DNA of 64,000 bases from Clostridia bacterium (GCA_028709705.1 JAQVWL010000004.1:2639-66638), one strand, 5' to 3'; counted from the first letter of the stretch, positions 43,683 through 54,253 are shown. Notes: generated by a model from the letters alone, not told the origin. Made by a program: numbers and translations.

Positions 43683-44411
43683 TTATAGTTTTGGTTCAAA
43701 GTTTTCAAAAATAATATTGTCGCAGTAAGGAACAACTTTTAGGTATTCTTCTTGACTGCGAACTGTCCACGCCAACAAAGGCAAGTGTTTAAATTTTTTT
43801 ACAAACCTGTTTGGCAAAGTTCTTGCATCATAAGAAATAAAATGCGGTTCGCTTATTTTTTTGTTAAAGGACATTCTTTTTAAAAAATATTTTTTAAAAA
43901 AGTTAAGGTTTTCATCTTTAAAATAAGAAGAAAGTTGACCACGAATAACATTTGGTGCATTCTTTTTAAACCATTCAACAGAAAATGGGTTGAAAGATTC
44001 AATGGCGTATTCGCCTTTATAATTTTTTAAAATCGCCCAAAGTGCTTTTTCAAGTTCGCCAACTTTGCCTATATTTTTTATTTCAATCAAAATTGGAACT
44101 TGACCTTTTATCAAGTTTAACACTTCTTCAAAAGTGGGGATTGTGTTGTTTGTATCCAAAATTTTGTATTTTTTTAAATCTGCTTTGTTTAGATTTTTGA
44201 CATATCCATCTTTTCCTGTCAATCTTGGCAAAGTTGCATCGTGAAAAACTACCAAAGTTCCATCAGCAATTTGTTGAACATCAAGTTCAACGGGACAAGA
44301 GTTTTTTATTGCATTTTCAAAGGCGGGCAAAGTATTTTCGGGTGCATTTTCGTTATGCAAACCCCTATGCGCTATATTTCGCTCCACCAACCAACTTTCA
44401 AATAAATTCAT
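43683..44411 (-). CDS. Glycerophosphodiester phosphodiesterase
   Basis: IAHRGLH, PENTLPAF, ELDVQ, FHD, IEIK, SFNP, AWTV. Confidence 0.93.
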   Translation of the reverse strand: MNLFESWLVERNIAHRGLHNENAPENTLPAFENAIKNSCPVELDVQQIADGTLVVFHDATLPRLTGKDGYVKNLNKADLKKYKILDTNNTIPTFEEVLNLIKGQVPILIEIKNIGKVGELEKALWAILKNYKGEYAIESFNPFSVEWFKKNAPNVIRGQLSSYFKDENLNFFKKYFLKRMSFNKKISEPHFISYDARTLPNRFVKKFKHLPLLAWTVRSQEEYLKVVPYCDNIIFENFEPKL

Positions 44412-44470
44412 TATAATAATTACCTTATTGCTAATATATCATATAAAACAAATTTTTGCAATATAAATAT

Positions 44471-44500
44471 AATAAAAAGCAAATTGCTTGCTTTTTTATT
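44471..44500 (-). terminator. Intrinsic terminator after uvrA
   Basis: aataaaaagcaa-attgc-ttgcttttttatt. Confidence 0.7.
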
Positions 44501-44505
44501 GTTTT

Positions 44506-47292
44506 TTATAACAAATTTTTCAAAAATTGACCTGTATATGATTTTTTTATTTTTGCAACTTGTTCGGGCGTTCCCGTTGCAACAATTTCGCCACCTTTAT
44601 CTCCGCCTTCTGGCCCCAAGTCAATGCAAAAATCGGCACATTTGATAACATCAAGATTGTGTTCAATAACCACAACTGTGTTGCCACTGTCAACAAGTCT
44701 TTGCAAAATTTTTATCAACTTATTTACATCATACCAATGCAAACCTGTTGTTGGTTCATCAAGCACATAAAGCGTTTTGCCTGTGCTTTTTTTTGCAAGT
44801 TCTGAGGCAAGTTTGACTCTTTGTGCTTCGCCACCACTTAAAGTGGTTGCTGACTGCCCAAGTTTGATATACCCCAAACCAACATCATTCATTGCTTGAA
44901 TTTTGCTTGAAATTGCAGGTATGTTTTCAAAAAACTTTAATGCTTCTTCAACTGTCATATCCAAAACATCGTGAATGTCTTTGCCTTTGTATTTAACTTC
45001 AAGTGTTTCTCTGTTATATCTTTTGCCTTTGCAAACTTCGCAAGGGACTTCAATATCTGGCAAAAAATACATTTCAATTTTTTTAACGCCTGCACCTTCG
45101 CAGTTTTCGCATCTCCCACCCTTGATATTAAAACTAAATCTGCCCGGACCATAACCTCTTTCTTTTGCCTCTTTGGTGGAAGTAAAAAGATTTCTGATAT
45201 GAGTGAAAACTCCTGTATAAGTTGCGGGATTGCTTCTTGGAGTTTTGCCAATAGGGTCTTGGTCAATGGCAATAACTTTGTCAAGTTTTTCAAAATTTTC
45301 TATTTTGTCAAAATCGCCCAAATCAAGTTTACTGCGGTTAAGGTTGTTGGAAAGAAAAGGATACAAAATTCCATTTATCAAAGAACTTTTTCCACTGCCC
45401 GAAACACCTGTTATGGCAGTAAAAATCCCAAGCCCAATGTCAACATTTATGTTTTTTAAGTTGTTTTGTTTTGCACCAATAATTTTTACAAAATCTTTTG
45501 GCAAACGCCTTTCTTTTGGGGTTATGATTGACAAATTTCCATTCAAAAACTGTCCCGTTATTGAATTTTTGCTGTTTTTTATGTCTTCTAAACCACCTTT
45601 TGCAACAACATTTCCACCATGAATACCAGCATATGGACCAATGTCAACAATAAAGTCTGCACTTTTGATTGTGTCTTCATCGTGTTCCACCACAATAAGC
45701 GAGTTGCCCAAATCTCTTAATTTGAAAAGTGTGTTAAGCAGTTTGGCATTGTCTTTTTGGTGCAAACCAATACTTGGTTCATCAAGAATATACAAAACGC
45801 CGACCAAACCGCTTCCTATTTGCGTTGCCAATCTTATTCTTTGTGCTTCGCCACCGCTTAAAGTTTCGGCACTGCGGGAAAGCGTTAAATAGTTTAGACC
45901 AACATCTAACAAAAATGAAAGTCGTGTTTTTATTTCTGTTATTATTTGCTCGGCAATTGAAAAATCTTGTTTGGAAAATTTCAAAGTTTCAAAATATTCA
46001 AACAATTTGTCTATGCTTAAATCACACAAATCGCAAATGCGTTTTTTATCTATCATAACAGAAAGGGCTTTGTCGTTTAGTCGCTTACCCTTACATTTTG
46101 GACAAGTGTGTTCGCTAAAAAGTTTGCCGATTTCGTATCTCGAATATTCGCTTTGTGTTTCTTTGTATCTTCTTGCAAGGTTGTTGCTAATGCCTTCAAA
46201 TTTGATACTTCGCCCACTTATAAAAAACTGTTCATCGCCCGTTCCATAAAGCAAAATGTCAATTTCTTTTCGGCTTAAATCTTTGATCGGCTTGTCTAAA
46301 TTTATGTTGTATTTTTTGCCCAAAACTCTAAAAAACTGCCCCGCTATTGACTCTTTGTCAATGCTCCAACCTGTAAAATTGAATGCACCTTGATTGATAG
46401 AAAGGTTATCATTTTTCAATAATTTGCCTTCGTCTATGTTGGAGATAATGCCCAAGCCATTGCAAACTTCGCAAGCACCAAAAGGGCTGTTAAAAGAAAA
46501 TAATCTGGGTGTGATTTCTTCCAAAGAATAGCCACAAATAGCACAAGAAAAATTTGTGGAAAACAATTCTTGCTCATCGTTGTGACTGCAAACAACCAAG
46601 CCATTTGCAAGTTTTAGTGCAATTTCCACGCTTTCGGTAAGTCTTGCCCTTATTTCTTCTTTGATAACAAGTCGGTCCACTACCACACTGATATTGTGCC
46701 TTAGGTTTTTGTCCAAAACTATGTCTTCATCTAATTGGTACAAGTTGCCATCAACAAGTATTCTTGCATAACCGCTTTTTCTTAAATTGTCAAAAAGTTT
46801 TATTTGACTGCCTTTTTCCTCTCTAACAACTGGTGCCAAAATCATAATTTTTTCGCCAATTCCAACTGAAATTATTTTGTCAACAATTTGGTCAATGGTT
46901 TGTTTTTTTATGGGCTTGTGGCAATTTGGGCAATATGGCACACCAATTCTTGAATACAAAAGTCTTATATAATCATAAATTTCTGTCACTGTACCAACGG
47001 TAGAGCGGGGGTTGCGGTTTGTGCTTTTTTGGTCAATAGAGATTGAAGGTGAAAGACCTTCAATGCTGTCTACATCTGGTTTTCTTGTTTGCCCCAAAAA
47101 TTGCCTTGCATAACTTGACAAACTTTCAACATATCTTCTTTGCCCTTCGGCAAAAATTGTGTCAAATGCCAAAGTTGATTTTCCACTTCCGCTAACGCCA
47201 GAAAAAACAACAAGTTTGTTGCGTGGAATTGCCAAATCAATATTTTTTAGGTTATTTTCTCTTGCACCTTTAATAATTATATCTTTTTCCAT
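44506..47292 (-). CDS. uvrA: Excinuclease ABC subunit A
   Basis: Two GVSGSGKS Walker A motifs, LSGGEAQR signatures, zinc fingers. Confidence 0.98.
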   Translation of the reverse strand: MEKDIIIKGARENNLKNIDLAIPRNKLVVFSGVSGSGKSTLAFDTIFAEGQRRYVESLSSYARQFLGQTRKPDVDSIEGLSPSISIDQKSTNRNPRSTVGTVTEIYDYIRLLYSRIGVPYCPNCHKPIKKQTIDQIVDKIISVGIGEKIMILAPVVREEKGSQIKLFDNLRKSGYARILVDGNLYQLDEDIVLDKNLRHNISVVVDRLVIKEEIRARLTESVEIALKLANGLVVCSHNDEQELFSTNFSCAICGYSLEEITPRLFSFNSPFGACEVCNGLGIISNIDEGKLLKNDNLSINQGAFNFTGWSIDKESIAGQFFRVLGKKYNINLDKPIKDLSRKEIDILLYGTGDEQFFISGRSIKFEGISNNLARRYKETQSEYSRYEIGKLFSEHTCPKCKGKRLNDKALSVMIDKKRICDLCDLSIDKLFEYFETLKFSKQDFSIAEQIITEIKTRLSFLLDVGLNYLTLSRSAETLSGGEAQRIRLATQIGSGLVGVLYILDEPSIGLHQKDNAKLLNTLFKLRDLGNSLIVVEHDEDTIKSADFIVDIGPYAGIHGGNVVAKGGLEDIKNSKNSITGQFLNGNLSIITPKERRLPKDFVKIIGAKQNNLKNINVDIGLGIFTAITGVSGSGKSSLINGILYPFLSNNLNRSKLDLGDFDKIENFEKLDKVIAIDQDPIGKTPRSNPATYTGVFTHIRNLFTSTKEAKERGYGPGRFSFNIKGGRCENCEGAGVKKIEMYFLPDIEVPCEVCKGKRYNRETLEVKYKGKDIHDVLDMTVEEALKFFENIPAISSKIQAMNDVGLGYIKLGQSATTLSGGEAQRVKLASELAKKSTGKTLYVLDEPTTGLHWYDVNKLIKILQRLVDSGNTVVVIEHNLDVIKCADFCIDLGPEGGDKGGEIVATGTPEQVAKIKKSYTGQFLKNLL

Positions 47293-47307
47293 TTTATTAC
47301 CTTTTGT

Positions 47308-49254
47308 TTATTTTAATAATTTGTTTAGTTCTGCAATTTTATTTCTTAACTCAATCGCTGTTTCAAAATCTAGTTGATTTGATGCAATTTTCATCAAACC
47401 TTTCAGTCTTTCAAGTTCTTTGGGAAGTTCTTTTTTGTCAATATTGGTTGTTATTTTTTTGGAAATTTCCAAAGTATTGACTATCTCTTTTTTTATGGTT
47501 GTTGGAACAATGTTGTGATCAATATTGTATTGATTTTGTATTTTTCTTCTTCTTTCGGTTTCGGTAATTGCTTTTTGCATTGCGGTTGAAATCTTGTCCG
47601 CAAATAAAATTACTCTGCCATTTTCTATTCTTGCTGCTCTGCCTATTGTTTGTATCAACGCACCTTCACTTCGCAAAAAGCCTTCCTTGTCTGCATCTAA
47701 AATGCAAACCAGTTCCACCTCGGGAATGTCAAGCCCTTCTCTTAAAAGATTTATGCCAACCAAAACATCAAAGTCACCTTTTCTTAACCCCATAAGCAGT
47801 TCAATGCGTTGCATTGTTTCTATTTCCGAGTGCATATATTTTACTTTAAAACCCTTTTCCAACAAAAATGCGGTCAAGTTTTCTGCCATTCTTTTTGTCA
47901 AGGTTGTAATAAGCGTTCGATTACCGTTTTCAATCACTTTGCCAATTTCAAACATAAGTCTTTCCATTTGCCCATCAGTTTTTACAACTTCAATTTTGGG
48001 GTCAAGCAAGCCTGTTGGTCTTAAAAGTTGCTCAACAACTTGTCCGCTTATACCTAATTCATATTGACTTGGGGTTGCGGAAATGTATATAGTTTGCCCC
48101 AATTTTTGATTAAATTCTTGAAAATTTAGTGGGCGGTTGTCAAAAGCAGATTCAAGTCTAAAACCGTATTCGACCAAGTTTCTTTTTCGTGCTTTGTCGC
48201 CATTATACATTGCCCTTATTTGCGGAATTGATATATGGCTTTCATCAATAAGTGTCAAATAATCATTTGGAAAATAGTCCATTAAAGTAAATGGTGGCTC
48301 GCCAATTTTTCTGCCATCAAAATATCTTGAATAGTTTTCAATACCTGAACAAAAACCTATTTCTCGCATCATTTCCATATCATAGTTGACTCTTTCTTTT
48401 AGTCTTTGTGCTTCAATAAGTTTGCCTTGCTTTTCAAATTCGGCTACTTCAATATCACAATCGTTTTTTATTTGTTCCAAAGCAAGTTCAAGTTTTTCTG
48501 AACCCACCGCATAATGCGTTGCGGGGAAAATTGAGATATGCGTTAAATAATTGATTTTTCTACCCGTTAAAGCATCAAACTGTGAAATTTTTTCTATTTG
48601 GTCGCCAAAAAATTCAATTCTTATTGCAATTTCGGAACTGTTTGCGGGGAAAATGTCCAAAATGTCGCCCTTTGCTCTAAAAGTGGAGCGATGGAAGTCA
48701 AGTTCACTGCGTTGGTATTGAATTTCTACAAGTTTTTTTACTATTTCTTTTCGTGATATTTCTTGCCCTTCACGCAAAGAAACTTGCAAGTTTAGGTATT
48801 CTTCGGGGTTTCCTAGTCCATAAATGCAAGAAACTGATGCCACAACAATGGTGTCTTGCCTTTCTGAAAGCGATGCAGTTGCTGAGTTTCTTAACTTGTC
48901 TATTTCGTCATTGATTGCCATATCTTTTTCTATGTAAGTGTCTGAACTTACTATATAGGCTTCGGGTTGGTAATAGTCATAATAACTGACAAAAAATTCA
49001 ACACGATTGTTGGGGAAAAACTCTCTAAACTCGTTGCAAAGTTGGGCGGCAAGAATTTTGTTGTGTGCAATAACCAAAGTTGGCTTGTTGATTTTTGCAA
49101 TAACATTTGCCATTGTAAAAGTTTTTCCACTACCCGTAACACCCAAAAGCACTTGCGACTTTAAACCATCACAAATGCCATCAACAAGTTTTTCGATTGC
49201 TTGGGGCTGGTCGCCCGCTGGCTTAAATTTTGAAGATATTTCAAATTTTTTCAT
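47308..49254 (-). CDS. uvrB: Excinuclease ABC subunit B
   Basis: [34 protein letters not shown]. Confidence 0.98.
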   Translation of the reverse strand: MKKFEISSKFKPAGDQPQAIEKLVDGICDGLKSQVLLGVTGSGKTFTMANVIAKINKPTLVIAHNKILAAQLCNEFREFFPNNRVEFFVSYYDYYQPEAYIVSSDTYIEKDMAINDEIDKLRNSATASLSERQDTIVVASVSCIYGLGNPEEYLNLQVSLREGQEISRKEIVKKLVEIQYQRSELDFHRSTFRAKGDILDIFPANSSEIAIRIEFFGDQIEKISQFDALTGRKINYLTHISIFPATHYAVGSEKLELALEQIKNDCDIEVAEFEKQGKLIEAQRLKERVNYDMEMMREIGFCSGIENYSRYFDGRKIGEPPFTLMDYFPNDYLTLIDESHISIPQIRAMYNGDKARKRNLVEYGFRLESAFDNRPLNFQEFNQKLGQTIYISATPSQYELGISGQVVEQLLRPTGLLDPKIEVVKTDGQMERLMFEIGKVIENGNRTLITTLTKRMAENLTAFLLEKGFKVKYMHSEIETMQRIELLMGLRKGDFDVLVGINLLREGLDIPEVELVCILDADKEGFLRSEGALIQTIGRAARIENGRVILFADKISTAMQKAITETERRRKIQNQYNIDHNIVPTTIKKEIVNTLEISKKITTNIDKKELPKELERLKGLMKIASNQLDFETAIELRNKIAELNKLLK

Positions 49255-49281
49255 AATACTTTATTATACCACCTTTTGTTC

Positions 49282-49411
49282 AAAAATAAAATACCTTTTA
49301 ATCAAAAAAAATTTAGCGTGTCAAGAGAACGTAGCAATATGACCCAACGCTAACGCTTTTGTGTCAATTGCTAACGTCCCCGTTGACCCTTTATAAAAAT
49401 AAAATACCTTT
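49282..49411. mobile_element. REP/MITE-like hairpin insertion flanked by a 17-bp direct repeat
   Basis: aaaaataaaataccttt at 49282-49298 and 49395-49411; between them a roughly 70-nt imperfect hairpin gtcaagagaacgtagcaat...attgctaacgtccccgttgac. Confidence 0.55.
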
Positions 49412-49769
49412 ATGAAAAAATTGCTTTTAGGAGCAAACCAATAAGAAAACTAAAAACTGTTATGCAAAGAGTTCTTATTCCTAACATATAAAGTTCTCGT
49501 TTTTGCTTTGCAAGGTCTTTTTTAAATGTTTTGCCTTTGTTTTTTAGCAATATGCAATAAAAATATCCGCGTTTTCCATCGCTGACAACAACATCAATAA
49601 AATTGTCTTTGCTTAAACTAACCATAATTTCATCAAGTTCGGCTATTGAAAGAATATATTTTTGAGAAACAAATTCGGCAATTTGGTCAGCAGAAATAAG
49701 ATATGACTTTTTTTCTGTGCATATCTCACTAAGCAATAACATAACCATTTTTTCTTTTTTTTCTAACAT
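49410..49769 (-). CDS. Hypothetical protein, winged-helix-like domain plus C-terminal TM
   Basis: 119 aa; ELDEIMVSLSKDNFIDV...YCILL..KG; C-terminal hydrophobic helix. Confidence 0.65.
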   Translation of the reverse strand: MLEKKEKMVMLLLSEICTEKKSYLISADQIAEFVSQKYILSIAELDEIMVSLSKDNFIDVVVSDGKRGYFYCILLKNKGKTFKKDLAKQKRELYMLGIRTLCITVFSFLIGLLLKAIFS

Positions 49770-49774
49770 AATTT

Positions 49775-50146
49775 TTAAAAAATCAAATTATATAGTATTA
49801 TTGCCAAAAATGCACCCAAAAATGCAAACAAGAAAGTCAATAAATTATATTTGATTTCAACTATTTGAATTATTTTTTTGTTTTTGTTTTGAATTTCGTC
49901 TTTTTCAACAAATTGTCTTCCAAATGGCAGTGGGCACAAACAGTATTGGTCATCATCGCTATATTTTACTGAAATGTATTCGCCATTGGATAAATAGTCC
50001 AAAATTTGAATTATTGTTTCTTTGTTTGCCTTAAATTTTTTTGGCATTGACAAAACTATATCATCAACATCAATGATTTTATAAGAACCTTCCTTACATT
50101 CTTTTACCAAATATTTTAAAATAACTGCTGACCTATAATCTAACAT
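49775..50146 (-). CDS. Hypothetical protein, winged-helix-like domain plus C-terminal TM
   Basis: Start MLDYRS at 50146; ILDYLSNGEYISVKYSDDDQYCLCPLPFG; C-terminal TM; sigmaG-like GTTTA-17-aATAATA 5 nt upstream. Confidence 0.65.
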   Translation of the reverse strand: MLDYRSAVILKYLVKECKEGSYKIIDVDDIVLSMPKKFKANKETIIQILDYLSNGEYISVKYSDDDQYCLCPLPFGRQFVEKDEIQNKNKKIIQIVEIKYNLLTFLFAFLGAFLAIILYNLIF

Positions 50147-50182
50147 AATCATATTATTTGCAATAAAAAAAGATATAAACAA

Positions 50183-50212
50183 AAAAACTATTACATTACA
50201 TAATAGTTTTTT
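50183..50212 (-). terminator. Intrinsic terminator after the 1136-aa gene
   Basis: aaaaactatta...taatagttttt inverted repeat. Confidence 0.65.
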
Positions 50213-50225
50213 GCCAAAAAATTAT

Positions 50226-53200
50226 TTATTTATATTTTTTTTCTAAGTTTTTCTTTGAAACTACAAAGTATGCAATAACTCCGCCCAAAAGAACAACTGA
50301 AAGCACTATCAAAACAATTCCCAAAATTTCTTCTGTGTCTAGTCCTGTGTTTTCGTTAGAACTTACTGTGAAAGTTGAATCACTATAAGTTGAAGTTTTG
50401 CCTGCTTTGTCACTTACTGAAATTGTCAAAGTATATTCGCCGGCAGTTTCAATTGTATATTGATAGTTCAAGTTGGTGCTTGAAGATGTCAAATCGTTTG
50501 TTATTGTTGCACCAGTTGTTGTGTTTTTAAGAGTAATTGTAATGCTTGTGCCTGTAACAACTGAATATTTTTGAGTTGCTTCGTCATAATTTATAATATC
50601 GCCTTCAATATTGTTATCTGTTGCTGAAATTTTGCTTAAATCAACTTTTACTTTATCGCCTATTTTGTATTGTTCTTTAATTATTGTGCTGTCAATATCC
50701 AAAACAGGTGGTTCAACATCGCCAACGTTAAGAGTAAATGATTTGCTTGATGTGTTGCCCGAAAAGTCAATAAGATTGTAAGTTATTGTGTAAACATCGT
50801 CTTTTTCAAAAGGTTGATTTGCGAATAATTTTAAAATCGTTTGAAGTTCATCATCTACTGTAATTGTTGTTGTTTCATTAAATTTAAATGTTGTTGTTCC
50901 ATAAGAAGAAGTAATTGAAATATATGATTTTGACAAATCTAGATCGTCAACTGCGTCAAGGTCAATAGTTGGAAGAATAAGCGATTCCCCTTTTGTAAAG
51001 CCCGTTGCATTCCAATCGTCAAAAAAGTTTTGTGCTTCAACATAGTTGGCAATTGGTGCTGTTGTGTCTACAACTTCAATTATAAACACTTTGCTTTTTA
51101 AACCGCCTTCAATAAATACACTGCTATCTCCTGAAAGCCTAACATCTGCATAATACTGAATTTTGTAAGTTCCAACTTCGTATGCTGTAAAAACATTTTG
51201 GCGGTCTGTTTGGTATTCACCACCTGAAACAAGCAACTGAATTTCGCCTTCAATTTCTAGGGCATTTGTATCTGACAAATATACTGCAACATTGTTTGGC
51301 AAGTCAAATGAAACACCTCTTTCTGCCGTTCCATTGTTGATTTGTGAAGGTAAACCAGTGAAAGCACAACTTAATGTTGCTGGGTCTACGTCTATGTCCA
51401 CTTGAAAGAACACAACTGTAATGTTGTTGCCCGCATCGGTTGTAATGTAAGTTATGTTATAAGTGCCTGACAAGTCTGCTGTAAATTTGGCATTTTGCAA
51501 TGTCAATGTTGTTCCATTTCTCATCGCTTGTGTATCAAAAACATTAAAATATGTTCCGTTGTTTTCTACAATTATTTTGTATTTAATATAATTAACCAAA
51601 TCATCGCTATAAGAAACTGTTGGAAGAAGAATGTCATTGCCTTGTTTGTAGTCTTGTTCTGTATCTGGAAGCCAATCACCTATTGGGTCGACAACAGAAG
51701 TTTGCCCAGTGTCGCCTGAGTAAAGAATGTTAATTGTTTTTGATACAAAACCTAAATTTGCTTCTGTGTCCCCTGCATAACTATCGTCATTTGAATAAGC
51801 AAAAATTTCAATTTTTGTTGTATTTTCATAACCTGTTTCTGGTAATTTTAAAGTATATTTTTGTGTGGTTTCGTTATAGGTTATAATACTGTCTGCATCG
51901 TCAACACTTTTTTCTGACAAAGCACCTTCAACGCTGTCTGTTATTTGATATTTCAAATAAACTGAAAGTCTTGTGTCTTTGTTGTCAGTTGCTGTTGGTT
52001 TGCTGAAAGTGATTTCATCCGTTCCGAACATAACTGCTGGCAAGTTTTCTTTAAATGTAACTGTTGGAGCAACGGTATCTTCATAACCGCTTGTAACTGT
52101 CATTTGATATGTTTTGCTATTGATTCCGTTATTTGCTTTGTCGTTTGCATTGTAATTAATGTTGTAAGTTCCTGTTGAAAAATTATATTGGGAATCAACA
52201 ACATAAACTTGTGCTTTTGTAATTGGTACTGGATTACCATTTATATAAATTGTTGTCAAAATAAAATTTTCTGATTGTTCTCCAAGCATTGTTTTATATT
52301 CTTCGCTTGCATTAAACAACAAAACTTTGTTTGTTTCAATTGTTGCAAGGTCATCTTTTTCGTTAAACAAAACTGTGCTTTGTGAACTTAAAACAATTGT
52401 TCTGTAAAGTGTAAGGTTATCTTCAGCAATGCCATTTGCATTATCAGTTGCATAAATTGGCATAATGTAAATATTTTCATCATCAGAAACATTGCTGAAA
52501 ACCGCTTCGGTTGCATCGGTGTAAGTTTCCAAAACGCCATCTGTAAGTACATAAGGTAAAACTGGTAATGGAACTGCTTTTGTTGTGTCAGCAACATTTT
52601 GAATTGTAAAACTTGAACTTGGAACGTTTGCTGGGTTGCCAGCAAAGTTTGTTACGGTGTAAGTGATAACATAGTTGCCATCAAGAATTGGTGTAAAGTA
52701 AAAGTATCCATCAACAAAAGTGATAACATCATTGTCGGTATCGTTTAAATTATATGTTTTTGTGGTTGTTCCTTTTGTGATTTCTGCTTTGACTGAATAG
52801 TGAACATTGACTTCTTCTTTTGTGTTATCGTTTTTTGCAGTTACTTGTGGCAATTTTGTTGCAACACCAATTTCTGCTGTTGATGGTTTTGAAGTTTTGT
52901 AATCATAAGTAAACAAATAATCATTTGCATAGCCAGTGTCTGCTACTATTGTTTTTGTTGTGAAAGCAATCAAACTGCCATCAACTGAATATTTGTATTT
53001 GATCAAGTAGGTTCCTTCGGTGTCTTTGTCAAGGATTAATTTTTTGTATTCAACTGCGTCTTCGCCTTCGCCAACAGTTTCTGCTTCCAAAGATATAAGA
53101 ACGCCATCTAAAAACGCATCAATTGTAACGGTTGCGCTATCAACAACATCACCGTTTTTGTCAACGACATAAGGGTTTGGAAGAATAACAGAGGTATTTT

Positions 53201-53636
53201 CTCCGTTATTGTTTGGATTGATTTTTGAAGGAACAATATATTGGCTGTTTTCTTCAAATTTTATTTCTGTGCCTTGGGCGCTGGCTTTGCTAACGGCAAC
53301 ATTAAATTCTGCTGTGCGACTGCCCAAAGTGTAAGTTATTTTGTAAGTTCCTGTATAGTTTGGAATAAAGTATTTGCTATCTCCCTCGCCATCTTGAATT
53401 CCAACATTTCTGCCCAAAGGGTCTTTAACTGCTGTTACTTGAGCACCTGCTTGGTCGGCTTGTGTGATATTATATACAGTATCCTTTATGCCTGTTGTTT
53501 TAAAATTTCGTATTGTTATTATGTTTGTTGGTTCTGGATCAGCATAAACTCCCACCTTTGCAAGAATGGGGAATGCCAAAGAAAAACTAAGCAAAATTGC
53601 CATAGCAAAAGATAGTTTCTTGAAAAATTTCTTCAT
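50226..53636 (-). CDS. Large membrane-anchored surface protein with tandem Ig-like (HYR/DUF5011-type) repeats
   Basis: Signal peptide; repeated G.Y.I.Y...D..GN and D(T/V).(A/P)P linkers; C-terminal TM with lysine tail; TTGACA-17-TAAACT promoter. Confidence 0.8.
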   Translation of the reverse strand: MKKFFKKLSFAMAILLSFSLAFPILAKVGVYADPEPTNIITIRNFKTTGIKDTVYNITQADQAGAQVTAVKDPLGRNVGIQDGEGDSKYFIPNYTGTYKITYTLGSRTAEFNVAVSKASAQGTEIKFEENSQYIVPSKINPNNNGENTSVILPNPYVVDKNGDVVDSATVTIDAFLDGVLISLEAETVGEGEDAVEYKKLILDKDTEGTYLIKYKYSVDGSLIAFTTKTIVADTGYANDYLFTYDYKTSKPSTAEIGVATKLPQVTAKNDNTKEEVNVHYSVKAEITKGTTTKTYNLNDTDNDVITFVDGYFYFTPILDGNYVITYTVTNFAGNPANVPSSSFTIQNVADTTKAVPLPVLPYVLTDGVLETYTDATEAVFSNVSDDENIYIMPIYATDNANGIAEDNLTLYRTIVLSSQSTVLFNEKDDLATIETNKVLLFNASEEYKTMLGEQSENFILTTIYINGNPVPITKAQVYVVDSQYNFSTGTYNINYNANDKANNGINSKTYQMTVTSGYEDTVAPTVTFKENLPAVMFGTDEITFSKPTATDNKDTRLSVYLKYQITDSVEGALSEKSVDDADSIITYNETTQKYTLKLPETGYENTTKIEIFAYSNDDSYAGDTEANLGFVSKTINILYSGDTGQTSVVDPIGDWLPDTEQDYKQGNDILLPTVSYSDDLVNYIKYKIIVENNGTYFNVFDTQAMRNGTTLTLQNAKFTADLSGTYNITYITTDAGNNITVVFFQVDIDVDPATLSCAFTGLPSQINNGTAERGVSFDLPNNVAVYLSDTNALEIEGEIQLLVSGGEYQTDRQNVFTAYEVGTYKIQYYADVRLSGDSSVFIEGGLKSKVFIIEVVDTTAPIANYVEAQNFFDDWNATGFTKGESLILPTIDLDAVDDLDLSKSYISITSSYGTTTFKFNETTTITVDDELQTILKLFANQPFEKDDVYTITYNLIDFSGNTSSKSFTLNVGDVEPPVLDIDSTIIKEQYKIGDKVKVDLSKISATDNNIEGDIINYDEATQKYSVVTGTSITITLKNTTTGATITNDLTSSSTNLNYQYTIETAGEYTLTISVSDKAGKTSTYSDSTFTVSSNENTGLDTEEILGIVLIVLSVVLLGGVIAYFVVSKKNLEKKYK

Positions 53637-53814
53637 ATTTTAAACTCCTAAATCTATTAAGTAATATAACTGTGATAGTTTAAACTAAATATCTACTTTT
53701 GTCAACGAAAATAAACAAATTTTTTGCATTATAAAAACAACTTTTAGTTCTTTTTTATTTTAAATTAAAGCAAAAATTATATGCTAGCAAAAAAACAAGA
53801 AAAATGTCGAGTTT

Positions 53815-53842
53815 GCACACAATTTTGGGTTTGGCATACTAT
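53815..53842 (+). promoter_or_regulatory. SigmaK-like promoter
   Basis: gcAC-16 nt-CATActaT upstream of the Cys/Gly-rich ORF. Confidence 0.55.
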
Positions 53843-53938
53843 GATAATGAAACCAAAGAAAAAAATTGAAAATACAAAAGAAAAAATAATACATATTACA
53901 ATTTTTTAAGAAAAAACTTTTTATAAGGAGGAATACTA

Positions 53939-54166
53939 ATGAACTTTTTTAATGGAGGATTTGGATGCGGAAACAGAGAAAGAGGTATGGAAGATGAATG
54001 CCATGGTCACGACAATAACTGCTGTTGCTTGCTAATCATATTGTTGCTTTGCTGTTGCGGTGGCTGTGGTGGCGGATTTGGCGGTTTTGGTCAAGGTTGC
54101 GAATGTTGCAGTTTGATTTGGATAATTTTGCTTTTGTCTTGTTGCTGTGGTGGCGGTTGTTGTTAA
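53939..54166 (+). CDS. Small Cys/Gly-rich protein, probable spore coat/exosporium component
   Basis: TAAGGAGG SD; two CC.L..I.LL.CC(C)GG modules; own promoter and terminator. Confidence 0.75.
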   Translation: MNFFNGGFGCGNRERGMEDECHGHDNNCCCLLIILLLCCCGGCGGGFGGFGQGCECCSLIWIILLLSCCCGGGCC

Positions 54167-54207
54167 CAAACAACAAAATGCTTACATAAAAACATTTTTG
54201 TTTTCCC

Positions 54208-54238
54208 AAAAAAACACCGATTTAATCGGTGTTTTTTT
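54208..54238. terminator. Bidirectional intrinsic terminator
   Basis: aaaaaaacaccgat-tta-atcggtgttttttt. Confidence 0.85.
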
Positions 54239-54253
54239 AATTATATATAAAAA

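Noticed and set aside
49318-49388. SRP RNA or tRNA identity for the 49.3 kb hairpin
   Set aside because: It lacks the SRP helix-8 CAGG..GNRA..AGCAG motif and any cloverleaf or TTC loop.
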